A stretch of 56,151 nt of DNA, taken from the NCBI GenBank assembly GCA_040005815.1, contig JBDTYC010000001.1, positions 1-56,151 on the forward strand. Direction: 5' to 3'. This stretch comes from Chloroflexota bacterium. Lineage in GTDB: Bacteria; Chloroflexota; Limnocylindria; QHBO01. Each line of letters starts with the position of its first letter. Positions within the stretch are counted from its first letter, which is position 1. The position numbers were made by a program, and so were the translations under genes. This document shows, piece after piece, positions 9,759 through 18,589 of the stretch. The notes beneath the pieces are model-generated. The model did not search any database and had not been told where the DNA came from. It saw nothing but the letters and a program-made list of their open reading frames with translations.

Positions 9759-11186
9759 GTGAGAGGCTACCCTGTCGTCGTGCCGAAGGACGCATCGGTC
9801 CTGCTCGAGGTCGACGGCTTCGAGGTCGCGATCAGCAATCCGGGCAAGCTCTTCTTCGAGCAGGCCGGGATCACGAAGCTCGACCTCGTGAACTACTACC
9901 TGGCCGTGGCGCCGGGGGCGCTGCGCGGGGTGATGGATCGACCGATGGCGCTCAAGCGCTTCGTCAACGGTGCGGCGGGCGAGGCATTCTTTCAGAAACG
10001 CGCCCCGGCATCGGTGCCTCCATTCGTGCGGACGGTGGAGCTGTCGTTTCCCTCGGGCCGCACCGCCGACGAGGTGGTGGTCAGCAACGGCGCGGCGCTG
10101 GCCTGGGTCGTGAACCTCGGCTGCATCGACCTCAACCCGCACCCGGTGCGCGCCGATGACCTCGATCATCCCGACGAGCTGCGGGTCGACCTCGACCCCG
10201 GTCCGGGCGTGCCGTGGACCATGGTCCGCGATGTGGCGGTGGTTGCCGGCGAGGTCCTCACCGACCACGGCCTGACCGGCTGGCCGAAGACCTCCGGCTC
10301 GCGAGGCATCCACGTCTACGCGCGGATCGAGCGGCGTTGGACGTTTGGCGAGGTCCGCCGTGCAGCCCTCGCCCTGGCGCGCGAGGTCGAGCGTCGCGTC
10401 CCGGAGCTCGCCACCAGCAAGTGGTGGAAGGAGGAGCGGCACGGCGTCTTCATCGACTACAACCAGAACGCCAAGGACCGCACGGTGGCCTCCGCCTATT
10501 CGGTGCGGCCAGTCCCCGGCGCGCATGTTTCGGCGCCGCTTCTGTGGGAGGAGGTCCCGGAGGCGGAGCTGGCGGACTTCACGGTAAAGACCATGCCCGA
10601 CCGATACGCCAAGCACGGGGACGTCGGCGCCGCGATCGACGACGCTGTGGGTTCGCTCGAGGGACTGTTGGAGCTCTCTGCCCGCGACGAGGCGGCGGGG
10701 CACGGCGACGCGCCCTGGCCGCCGAACTACGCCAAGCAGCCGGGCGAGCCGCCGCGGGTGCAGCCGTCGAAGCGACGCATGCCGGCCGAAGTGCCCGCGC
10801 CGACCGACCCGACGGCGCCGCGCGGCCGGGTTGGGTCAGTCGCGCCGGCCATGCCGTCGCCAACCGCTCGCCGCGCCGATGGGACCGCCGCGCCCACCGG
10901 TCGCCGGCGGTCGGCTCATCCACTGATCGTGATCTCCCAGGCCAAGGCCAAGAAGGACGCGATGGCCGGCCTGGAACGATGGAAGAAGCGTCACCCGAAG
11001 GCCGCGAAGCTCCTGGCGGAGGACGACGTGTTGGTGGACGGGATGCGCGGCCGCTCCTCGCTCTGGTACCGGGTCCGCGTGAACCTGCGCCACGTCCCCG
11101 AGGGTGAGCGGCCGGAGGCTGAGCCGCCCGACCCCGACTACGATCCGTGGGCGGAGTACCGCGAGCGACCTCCCGGAGCTTCATGA
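9759..11186 (+). CDS. stand-alone LigD-type polymerase/primase (POL, AEP) domain protein with a C-terminal extension
   Basis: Motifs ISNPGKLFF...GITKLDLVNYY, FFQKRAP, DLNPH, DELRVDLDP, KTSGSRGIHVY and IDYNQN. About 145 extra C-terminal residues follow. The start is GTG. Confidence 0.8.
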   Translation: MRGYPVVVPKDASVLLEVDGFEVAISNPGKLFFEQAGITKLDLVNYYLAVAPGALRGVMDRPMALKRFVNGAAGEAFFQKRAPASVPPFVRTVELSFPSGRTADEVVVSNGAALAWVVNLGCIDLNPHPVRADDLDHPDELRVDLDPGPGVPWTMVRDVAVVAGEVLTDHGLTGWPKTSGSRGIHVYARIERRWTFGEVRRAALALAREVERRVPELATSKWWKEERHGVFIDYNQNAKDRTVASAYSVRPVPGAHVSAPLLWEEVPEAELADFTVKTMPDRYAKHGDVGAAIDDAVGSLEGLLELSARDEAAGHGDAPWPPNYAKQPGEPPRVQPSKRRMPAEVPAPTDPTAPRGRVGSVAPAMPSPTARRADGTAAPTGRRRSAHPLIVISQAKAKKDAMAGLERWKKRHPKAAKLLAEDDVLVDGMRGRSSLWYRVRVNLRHVPEGERPEAEPPDPDYDPWAEYRERPPGAS

Positions 11187-11471
11187 GCCGATAGCATCCA
11201 GGCATCAGCGTTGACACCCGGAACGCACCCGTGCCGAGGAGCAGCCACCGCCGTCGGACGTGCCGGTCGCGGCCGAGGTGCTGTCGGTCCCCCGCCAGGG
11301 CCTGGAGCCTCGCCAGGGCGATCGCAAGCGGGTGATCGTCAACGCCTCGATTCAGGGGGCGCTCGAGTCCGGGATCAAGGCCGCGCAGGAGATCCACGAG
11401 GCGCCCTGAGTTCAGGCAGCTCTGAGCGAGGCGGATGGAACCAAATGCCCGCCGATCCCCCCATACCTTGC

Positions 11472-11494
11472 GAACGACGGCCATCCTGGTCGTC
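11472..11494 (+). promoter_or_regulatory. candidate ECF-type promoter (GAAC-N15-CGTC) upstream of the ECF sigma gene
   Basis: GCGAAC (GAAC at 11472-11475), a 15-nt spacer, then CGTC at 11491-11494, 17 nt before the ATG at 11512. A GGTGAGGG SD-like tract lies between them. Confidence 0.3.
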
Positions 11495-11511
11495 AAGCGT
11501 AGGGTGAGGGC

Positions 11512-12072
11512 ATGCAGGTCGATCTGGTCCTCCAGGCGTCCGCGGGCGACCACGACGCCTTCTCGCAGCTGGCCGCAGCCGCGATTCCCGGCCTGTACCG
11601 GATCGCCTACCTGGTCCTGCGACAGCCGGAGCTCGCGCATGACGCCGTCCAGGACGCGCTGATCGGCGCCTGGCGCGACATCCGCGCCCTCCGAGACCCC
11701 GCCAGGTTCGACGCCTGGCTGCACAAGCTCACCGTTCGTGCCTGCTATCGCGCTGCCCGCGAGGAACGCGGCAGGAAGTCGGCGGAGGTGCCACTCCTCC
11801 CGGCGTACGACCTGCCGTCAACCGATGAGGACCAGCGCCTGCTGGCCGCTCGCGACCAGCTCGAGCGCGGCTTTCGCCACCTCGCGCCGCAGGAACGCGC
11901 CGTCCTGGTCCTCCACTACTACCTCGACCTGCCCAATGCCGAGGCCGCCGCGATCATGGGTATCCCGGTCGGCACCATGAAATCGCGGTTGAACCGCGCC
12001 ACCCGGGCTATGCGCGCGGCGCTCGATGCCCACGATCGGACATCGGCCGTCTCGACAGGAGGCATCGCGTGA
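11512..12072 (+). CDS. ECF (group 4) sigma-70 family RNA polymerase sigma factor
   Basis: Region 2 reads AHDAVQDALIGAWRDIRALRDPARFDAWLHKLTVRAC. Region 4 reads LAPQERAVLVLHYYLDLPNAEAAAIMGIPVGTMKSRLNRA. Confidence 0.9.
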   Translation: MQVDLVLQASAGDHDAFSQLAAAAIPGLYRIAYLVLRQPELAHDAVQDALIGAWRDIRALRDPARFDAWLHKLTVRACYRAAREERGRKSAEVPLLPAYDLPSTDEDQRLLAARDQLERGFRHLAPQERAVLVLHYYLDLPNAEAAAIMGIPVGTMKSRLNRATRAMRAALDAHDRTSAVSTGGIA

Positions 12073-13397
12073 CCACCGACCGCGACTTCGACGCGCTGAT
12101 GCGATCCTGGTTCGACGCATCGGCCGCCCCTGCCCAGCCGCAGGACCTCGTGGAGGCTGTGCGGACAGCGACGGCACGCGACCGGCCACGCAGCAGACGG
12201 CTGGCCCGCCTCGGCGGCGATCCGATGCCGGCCATGGTCCGATCAGGGCTCAGTCGCCTTGCGCTGACCGGCCTCGCCGCGGTTGCTATCGTCTCAGCGA
12301 TCGCGCTGCTGGTCGTCCTGGTAGGGCGGCCGTGGCGGGAGGTTGGACCGGAACCCCACGAGAGTGCCTCGCAAGAAGCTTCACAGGAGGCAACGGCAAG
12401 CCCTCGGGCGGCCTCATGGATGCTTACCGGCACGATGATGAATGGAGGGGACGGGCACGCCGCGGTCCTGCTCCCCGACGGCCGGGTTCTTGTACCGGGC
12501 GAACTGTACGATCCTCTCACAGGGGCGTGGAGCAACGCTGGCGGCTCGCCCGGCCTGGGCGGCGCGCCGACCGCCACCCTGCTCGGGGATGGCAGGGCGC
12601 TCGTGGTCACTGATCGCGCCGAGATCTTCGATCCGCGCACGAATGAATGGAGCCCAACTGGCCCGATGGTCGCCCAACGTAGTGGGCAAACCGCCACACT
12701 GCTCCGGAACGGCAGGGTGCTGGTGGCAGGCGGCATGGGCCCTAACAGCAGCTACGACTTTCTTGCGTCCGCCGAGATCTTCGACCCGACCACGAACACG
12801 TGGGCTGCCACTGGCAGCATGCTGGAGCCTCGCGGCGGGCGTGGGATCGGGGTCCTGGCAGGACTGACGGCAACGCTGCTCGACAATGGCACGGTACTGG
12901 TCGCGGGTGGCGAGGGGCCGTTCTACACGCCCCTCGCTTCGGCGGAGATCTACAACCCGGCCACCGGTGCGTGGACCGCGACCAGCGCCATGAGCACCGC
13001 ACGCGAGTTCCACACGGCTACGCTGCTGGCAAACGGTCTGGTGCTCGTCGTCGGCGGCACCCAGGGAAATGCGGCTGAACTCTACGACCCGGTCGCCGGG
13101 AGTTGGGAATCCGCCGGGAGTACCGCGTTCTTGCACACCAATCACACGGCAACTCTCCTCAACAGCGGGTCGGTCCTCGTGGCCGGAGGTAGTGAAACCA
13201 CCGCCGCGGAACTCTATGAACCAACCAGCGGCAGATTTAGCTCGGCAGGCTCGATGAGCGTCAACCGCTCCTGGCATTCCGCCACCCTCCTCGCCGATGG
13301 AAGGGTCCTGATCGCGAGTGGCGAAACGCTCCTGGCCGAGACGGAGGGCTCATTCCGCGGGCTGAGGTCCGCCGAGATCTACGACCCCGGGTCATGA
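12069..13397 (+). CDS. putative anti-sigma factor: short cytoplasmic N-domain, one TM helix, extracytoplasmic 7-repeat Kelch-type beta-propeller
   Basis: The GTG start overlaps the sigma stop (GTGA). TM segment is LALTGLAAVAIVSAIALLVVLV. The unit [AEIFDP.T..W...G.M...R...TATLL.DGRVLVAGG] occurs seven times. Confidence 0.7.
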   Translation: MTTDRDFDALMRSWFDASAAPAQPQDLVEAVRTATARDRPRSRRLARLGGDPMPAMVRSGLSRLALTGLAAVAIVSAIALLVVLVGRPWREVGPEPHESASQEASQEATASPRAASWMLTGTMMNGGDGHAAVLLPDGRVLVPGELYDPLTGAWSNAGGSPGLGGAPTATLLGDGRALVVTDRAEIFDPRTNEWSPTGPMVAQRSGQTATLLRNGRVLVAGGMGPNSSYDFLASAEIFDPTTNTWAATGSMLEPRGGRGIGVLAGLTATLLDNGTVLVAGGEGPFYTPLASAEIYNPATGAWTATSAMSTAREFHTATLLANGLVLVVGGTQGNAAELYDPVAGSWESAGSTAFLHTNHTATLLNSGSVLVAGGSETTAAELYEPTSGRFSSAGSMSVNRSWHSATLLADGRVLIASGETLLAETEGSFRGLRSAEIYDPGS

Positions 13398-13407
13398 TGA
13401 CCAGCGT

Positions 13408-14022
13408 CTAACCCGCACGCTCGAGGCGTTCCTCGAGGCGGGCCTTCACCGCCGGCCATTCCTCGGTGAGGATCGAGAAGTAGACGGTGTCGCGGACGAA
13501 CCCATCCGGCATTCGCATATGCCTGCGCAGTGTCCCCTCCCGCTGCGCTCCGAGCCGCTCGATGGCGGCCTGCGAGCGCAGGTTTCGTCCGTCGGTCTTG
13601 AGCGCGACGCGGGTCGCGCCCAGTTTGTCGAATGCGTAGCCCAGCTGAAGCAGCTTCGCCTCGGTATTCACAGCGGTCCGCTGGTGCGAAGGGGCGATCC
13701 AGGTCCACCCGATCTCAACCCGTCCATGCTCCGGCGCAATATCGCCAAACCGCGACGCACCGACGGCCCGGCCCGTGGCGGCATCGACCGTTGCCCAGGC
13801 GACGTAGTCTGGGCGGAGGGCATCGGCCAGGTAGGCCTGCCAGGCCCCGGCCCCGACCGAGAGGTCGGTACTCATGTACTGGAAGGTGTTTGGGTCCTGC
13901 GCCGCGGCAGCCAGCAGGTCGTCGCGGTGGCGCTCCTCGAGCGGCACGAGACGCACGAACCGCCCCGCCAGGACGATCCGCTCAGGCGCGCGCAAGTTCA
14001 GCCATAGATCGATTCGCGTCAT
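13408..14022 (-). CDS. GNAT family N-acetyltransferase (RimJ/RimL-like)
   Basis: Motifs RVEIGWTWIAPSHQRTAVNTEAKLLQLGYAF and RVALKTDGRNLRSQAAIERLGAQREGTLR. Confidence 0.85.
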   Translation of the reverse strand: MTRIDLWLNLRAPERIVLAGRFVRLVPLEERHRDDLLAAAAQDPNTFQYMSTDLSVGAGAWQAYLADALRPDYVAWATVDAATGRAVGASRFGDIAPEHGRVEIGWTWIAPSHQRTAVNTEAKLLQLGYAFDKLGATRVALKTDGRNLRSQAAIERLGAQREGTLRRHMRMPDGFVRDTVYFSILTEEWPAVKARLEERLERAG

Positions 14023-14147
14023 GCATCAAATCACCCCGATCGCAGCCATCCCGCGTCGAATGATGCGTGTGACGAATGAGGCGTCGCGTGAGTCTTCCCA
14101 TCGGTGCGATCTGATGCGACCAACGAATAGCCGGTGATGAAATCAAC

Positions 14148-15854
14148 CTAGCCTGCGGGCGCGCCCTCGCGCGCCGAGACGGCCGCTTCGACCCAACCCG
14201 GGATCTCCCGTCGCAGGGTCGCGAGCGGCAGCGAGCCGTGGGCCAGCACCTCGTCGTGGAACGCCCGCAGGTCGAATCGGTCTCCCATGAACTCACTCAC
14301 CTCGCGCCGCGCCCGCTCGATCTCGCGCTGGCCGATCTTGTAGGCGAGCGCCTGCCCCGGCCAGATCGTGTAGCGGTCGACCTCGATCTCTGAGTCGACG
14401 AGCGGCATCGAGCCGCGCTCGTGCATGAACTCGATGGCGCGGGCGCGGCTCCAGCCGAAGGCATGCAGCCCGGAGTCGACAACCAGCCGCGCTGCACGGA
14501 AGCCCTGCATGTCGAGCATGCCGATCCGCTCGGCATCGGACTGGTAGAGGCCCATCTCGTCGGCCAGCCGCTCGCAGTACAGGCCCCAGCCCTCCGAGTA
14601 CGCGGCGCCGGCCATCCGGGAGCCCAGCGTTCGGAACGCCGGCAGCCCGGTCAGCTCCATCTCGATCGCAAGCTGAAAGTGGTGGCCGGGGGTCGCCTCG
14701 TGGAAGGTGATCGACGCGATCTTGTGCAGGTCGCGCTGCTCGGGCTGATAGGTGTTGAGGTAGTACTGCCCGGGGCGCGAGCCGTCGATCGAGGGCGGCA
14801 TGTAGAAGGCCGGAGGCACCTCGCGTTCGCGGTACTCCTCGACCGCCTTGACCTCGCAATCGGCTCGTGGAAGGCGTCCGAAGTAGCGAGGAGCCGTCGC
14901 GAACGCGCGCGCCGTCTGCTCGCTGGCGAGCTCGACGATCCGCCCTCCCGACGAGGTGTGGTTCGCGGGATCCTCAGAGAGGGCCTTCGCATAGGCGGTG
15001 CGGTCGCGGTATCCGGCGCGACGCGCGATCTCGTCCTTCTCGGCCTCGATGTGCGCCAGGTCCTCCATCCCAAACCGATGGACTTCGTCCGGCGTGGTGT
15101 CGATCGTCGTGTTCATGCGGATCGCGAGCCGATACGCCTCCTCGCCGTCGGGCGTGCTCGAGATGCCAGGGTCCTGGCGAGCGAGCGCCTCGTACTCATC
15201 GGCCAGGAAATCGCGCAGCCGCTGGAGCGCTGGGTAGATGTCCGCCGCGACGGAGGCGCGGACCCGCTCGCGGGCGGCATCGTCGGCGACGTGAGCCATC
15301 CCGACGGCGGGGAAGTCCTCGGCGGGAAGGGCCACCATCCGTTCGATCTGCTCGATCTGCTTCCGCACCGGGATCGCAGCGCCGGTGCGACCGTCCGCCA
15401 TCCCCTCGCGCAGCGTCTCGATCTCCTGCTCGATGGCGGCCGGGTAGGCGCCCAAGCGGGTCAGGAGGCGCTCGAGGCCCTCGGGGGTTTTGGCGACCTG
15501 GTACTGCGCGATCCGGACGGGCATCGTCTGGGTGCCGAAGATGTGGTTGATGGCCAGCTGGTACTGCTTCGTCTCGAGCGCCTCGAGGTGCGTGCTGGCG
15601 ACCAGGATTAGCATGTCGCGGGTGATGACCTGTTCCGGATCGAGGCCGGCCGGGTCGATCTCGTCGGCGTCGGCCAGGGTTTCCCGGTAGGCGGCCTCGT
15701 CCGCCGCCCGGCCCGCTGCCCCCAGGTCTGGCAGGCGGTCGTCGAAGCGGTCGTCGCCGAGGATGGTGGCGTACACCGGATCGCGAGCCAGGACGCCGTC
15801 CCAGAATCGGTCGGCGAGCTCGTTGACGGCGGCGTTGGGATCGGCGTGGGTCAC
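14148..15854 (-). CDS. DUF885 family protein (predicted metallopeptidase-like fold)
   Basis: N-terminus DRFWDGVLARDPVYATILGD. The motif FHEATPGHHFQ and the length of about 568 aa are typical of DUF885. Confidence 0.8.
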   Translation of the reverse strand: MTHADPNAAVNELADRFWDGVLARDPVYATILGDDRFDDRLPDLGAAGRAADEAAYRETLADADEIDPAGLDPEQVITRDMLILVASTHLEALETKQYQLAINHIFGTQTMPVRIAQYQVAKTPEGLERLLTRLGAYPAAIEQEIETLREGMADGRTGAAIPVRKQIEQIERMVALPAEDFPAVGMAHVADDAARERVRASVAADIYPALQRLRDFLADEYEALARQDPGISSTPDGEEAYRLAIRMNTTIDTTPDEVHRFGMEDLAHIEAEKDEIARRAGYRDRTAYAKALSEDPANHTSSGGRIVELASEQTARAFATAPRYFGRLPRADCEVKAVEEYREREVPPAFYMPPSIDGSRPGQYYLNTYQPEQRDLHKIASITFHEATPGHHFQLAIEMELTGLPAFRTLGSRMAGAAYSEGWGLYCERLADEMGLYQSDAERIGMLDMQGFRAARLVVDSGLHAFGWSRARAIEFMHERGSMPLVDSEIEVDRYTIWPGQALAYKIGQREIERARREVSEFMGDRFDLRAFHDEVLAHGSLPLATLRREIPGWVEAAVSAREGAPAG

Positions 15855-15906
15855 GGGCGAAACGTCTCCTTGTCTTTACGATCGAGGCGGCGTGGAGTGT
15901 AGCCGG

Positions 15907-16992
15907 TCATCGGCCGCCGAAGAGGTCGGCGAGCAGAGCGGGAGCCGTCTCCTCCAACTGGTCGTAACGGCATTCGGCGGGCGGCTTGTCCGGGCGCCAG
16001 CGCTTGAAGGTGGTCGCGTGGCGGAACCGGTCGCCCTGGAGATGGTCAAAGGCGACCTCGCAGACGAGCTCCGGCCGCAGCGGCTCCCAGGAGAGGTCCT
16101 TGCCCCGGTTCCAGCGCGAGGTGGCACCGGGCATACGCTTTCCCGCGGCGGCGGCCTCCCACGCCTTCCACTCCTGCCAGGGATGTCCCTCCAGGGCGTT
16201 GACGCGGTAGGGCTCGAGGAACCCGACCAGCTCGCGGCGACGCTCCTCGGTGAATGACGAGGTGACGCCCAGGTGCTGGAGCTGGCCCGCGTCGTTCCAC
16301 AGCCCGAGCAGCAGCGAGCCGACCATCGTGCCCGGTCCGTTCTTGTGCCAGCGGAACCCCGCCACCACGCAATCCGCCGTGCGGAGGTGCTTGATCTTGG
16401 CCATCTCTCGCTTGCCGGGCATGTAACGCAGCTCCGCCCGCTTCGCGATCACCCCGTCCAGCCCTGCCCCCTCGAAGACATCGAACCAGTGGCGCGCCAC
16501 CTTCGGGTCGCTCGTCGCCGGCGTGAGGAGGACCGATGCGGGCGGATCTGCGAGGAGCTTCTCCAACCGACGACGGCGATCGTCGAGCGGAGCGTCGCGG
16601 AGATCATCGGTCCCCTCGGCCAGGCAGTCGAAGGCGACGAACGAGGCCGGGGTCTCGCCCGCCAGCATCGCCACCCGCGATGCGGCGGGGTGGATGCGGA
16701 GCAGCAGCGACTCGAACCGCAGCTCGCCGTCGTGCGCGATGACGATCTCGCCGTCGAGCACGAAACGTGCCTTGGGACCGCCCACCGCTCGAAGGGGCTC
16801 GAGGAGTTCCGGGAAATATCGGTCCAGTGGCTTCAGGTCACGCGACTGGAGATAGAGATCGGGCCCGTCGCGGAAGACGAGCGCCCGGAAGCCGTCCCAT
16901 TTCGGCTCGTAGCGCCAGCCGTCGCCCACCGGAAGCTCGGGCGTCAGCTTGGCCAGCATCGGCTCGATGGGGGGCTCGATCAGGAACGGCAT
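15907..16992 (-). CDS. ATP-dependent DNA ligase (LigC / LigD-ligase-domain type)
   Basis: Adenylation motif YEPKWDGFRALVF (KxDG), motifs LDGEIV and DGVIAKR, plus a C-terminal OB-like region. Confidence 0.85.
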   Translation of the reverse strand: MPFLIEPPIEPMLAKLTPELPVGDGWRYEPKWDGFRALVFRDGPDLYLQSRDLKPLDRYFPELLEPLRAVGGPKARFVLDGEIVIAHDGELRFESLLLRIHPAASRVAMLAGETPASFVAFDCLAEGTDDLRDAPLDDRRRRLEKLLADPPASVLLTPATSDPKVARHWFDVFEGAGLDGVIAKRAELRYMPGKREMAKIKHLRTADCVVAGFRWHKNGPGTMVGSLLLGLWNDAGQLQHLGVTSSFTEERRRELVGFLEPYRVNALEGHPWQEWKAWEAAAAGKRMPGATSRWNRGKDLSWEPLRPELVCEVAFDHLQGDRFRHATTFKRWRPDKPPAECRYDQLEETAPALLADLFGGR

Positions 16993-17039
16993 GGGGGCCC
17001 GATCATACCCGTGAGCCGGTTTCGGCCATACTCGCGCGG

Positions 17040-18560
17040 ATGAGCGTCTCGATCCAGTTCCTGGGGGCCGTCGGCACCGTCACCGGCTCTCAATACCTGG
17101 TCACCGCCGGTGAGCGACAGGTCGTGGTCGACTGCGGCATGTTCCAGGGCGCGCCTGAAGAGGTGAGCCGCAACCGGATGCCGTTCGCCTACGACCCCAC
17201 GTCGGTCGACGCGCTCCTCCTGACCCATGCGCACCTCGACCATTGCGGTCGCGTGCCGGCCCTGGTCAAGGCGGGCTTTCGTGGACCCATCCACGCCACC
17301 GCGGGCACCGTCGATCTGACCGAGATCGTCCTGCGTGACGCCGCGAAGCTCCAGGAGGAGGCCGAGAACCGCTGGCGCCGGAAGCATCCCGACGAGGCGG
17401 CCGCGCACGATGCCGAGCTCGCCAGCGAGGAATCGGCAGCCGAGGACGATGCGCAGATGCCAGCGAAGCTCCGGTCCGCTCCCGCCGAGGGGATGACCAT
17501 GACGCGCACCGCGCTGTACTCGATCGCGGACGTCGAGCAGACGGTGACGCAGTTCTCACCGATCGACTACGACACCCCGGTGACGCTCATGGACGGGATC
17601 ACCGCCACCTTCCGTGACGCGGGGCACATCCTGGGCTCGGCGATCATCGAGCTGCGCGTGACGGACGAGGGCGGCGATACGACCATCGTCTTCTCCGGCG
17701 ATCTGGGCCGGTGCGATACGCCGATCCTCCGCGACCCGACCCCGGTCAGCCACGCCGATTTCGTTTTGGTCGAGTCGACCTACGGCAACCGGGAGCACGC
17801 GCCCCACGACCAAGCGATCGAGGAGCTGGCCAAGGCGATCAACGAGGTCGCGACCGATAAGGGCGTGCTGCTCGTCCCAAGCTTTGCGGTCGGGCGCACG
17901 CAGGAGCTGGTGTGGGTGCTGGACGAGCTGTACCGGGACAAGCGGATCCCGCGCCTGCCGCTGTACCTGGACTCGCCCATGGCAAGCCGCGCGAGTGATG
18001 TCTACCTGCGCCACCCGGAGGACTACGACGAGGAGACGGCCAAGCTCCTTCGCTCCGGCGATTCGCCGCTGGTCTACCCGGGCGAGACCTACACCAACGA
18101 AGTGGACCAGTCGAAGGCAATCCGGACTCAGCCGCGCCCGCTGATGCTCGTCGCCAGCTCGGGGATGCTCACCGGCGGCCGGATCATGCACCACCTCAAG
18201 GACTTCCTCCCCGACCCCGCCTGCACCCTGCTTTTCATCGGCTACCAGGGGGAGGGGACGCTCGGCAGGCACATCCAGTCGGGGGCCAAGGTCGCGAAGA
18301 TCGACGGCGACGCGTACCCGATCCGGTGCCGCGTTCGCGTCATCTCTGGCTTCTCGGCACACGCCGACGAGCACGAGCTCGACGACTGGCTGGGCAACTT
18401 CGCCAAGGCCGGTGGCACGACCGCCGGGGACGGCAGGCCCAAGCGCGTCTTCGTCACGCATGGTGACCCCGATGCAGCCGAGGCATTCGCGGTCCGAATC
18501 CGGGCGATGGGGCTGGACCCGCATCTGCCCACCTACCTGGAGACGGTCCAGCTGCGCTGA
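17040..18560 (+). CDS. MBL-fold beta-CASP family nuclease (RNA/DNA-metabolising metallo-beta-lactamase)
   Basis: Motifs FLGAVGTVTGS, LLTHAHLDHCG, VESTYG and ISGFSAHAD. The start is taken at MSVSIQ, because the upstream part of the track ORF overlaps the ligase gene. Confidence 0.8.
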   Translation: MSVSIQFLGAVGTVTGSQYLVTAGERQVVVDCGMFQGAPEEVSRNRMPFAYDPTSVDALLLTHAHLDHCGRVPALVKAGFRGPIHATAGTVDLTEIVLRDAAKLQEEAENRWRRKHPDEAAAHDAELASEESAAEDDAQMPAKLRSAPAEGMTMTRTALYSIADVEQTVTQFSPIDYDTPVTLMDGITATFRDAGHILGSAIIELRVTDEGGDTTIVFSGDLGRCDTPILRDPTPVSHADFVLVESTYGNREHAPHDQAIEELAKAINEVATDKGVLLVPSFAVGRTQELVWVLDELYRDKRIPRLPLYLDSPMASRASDVYLRHPEDYDEETAKLLRSGDSPLVYPGETYTNEVDQSKAIRTQPRPLMLVASSGMLTGGRIMHHLKDFLPDPACTLLFIGYQGEGTLGRHIQSGAKVAKIDGDAYPIRCRVRVISGFSAHADEHELDDWLGNFAKAGGTTAGDGRPKRVFVTHGDPDAAEAFAVRIRAMGLDPHLPTYLETVQLR

Positions 18561-18589
18561 ACCGCTCGCGGTTGGCTAGGATGCCGCGC

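Noticed and set aside
9528-11724. Minus-strand ORFs 9528..10703 (391 aa) and 10579..11724 (381 aa)
   Set aside because: They are antisense to the LigD-POL gene and the ECF sigma gene. No domains are recognisable, and the second would need to span the 325-bp spacer and overlap two good genes.
16767-17039. Upstream extensions of three track ORFs: the beta-CASP ORF (16767..17039), the nitroreductase-like ORF (27030..27320) and the first ABC ATPase ORF (38796..38954)
   Set aside because: Each extension overlaps a well-supported neighbouring gene (ligase, lhr and the YHS protein respectively). Each is R/P/G-rich, and each recognisable domain starts at the internal Met that I chose.
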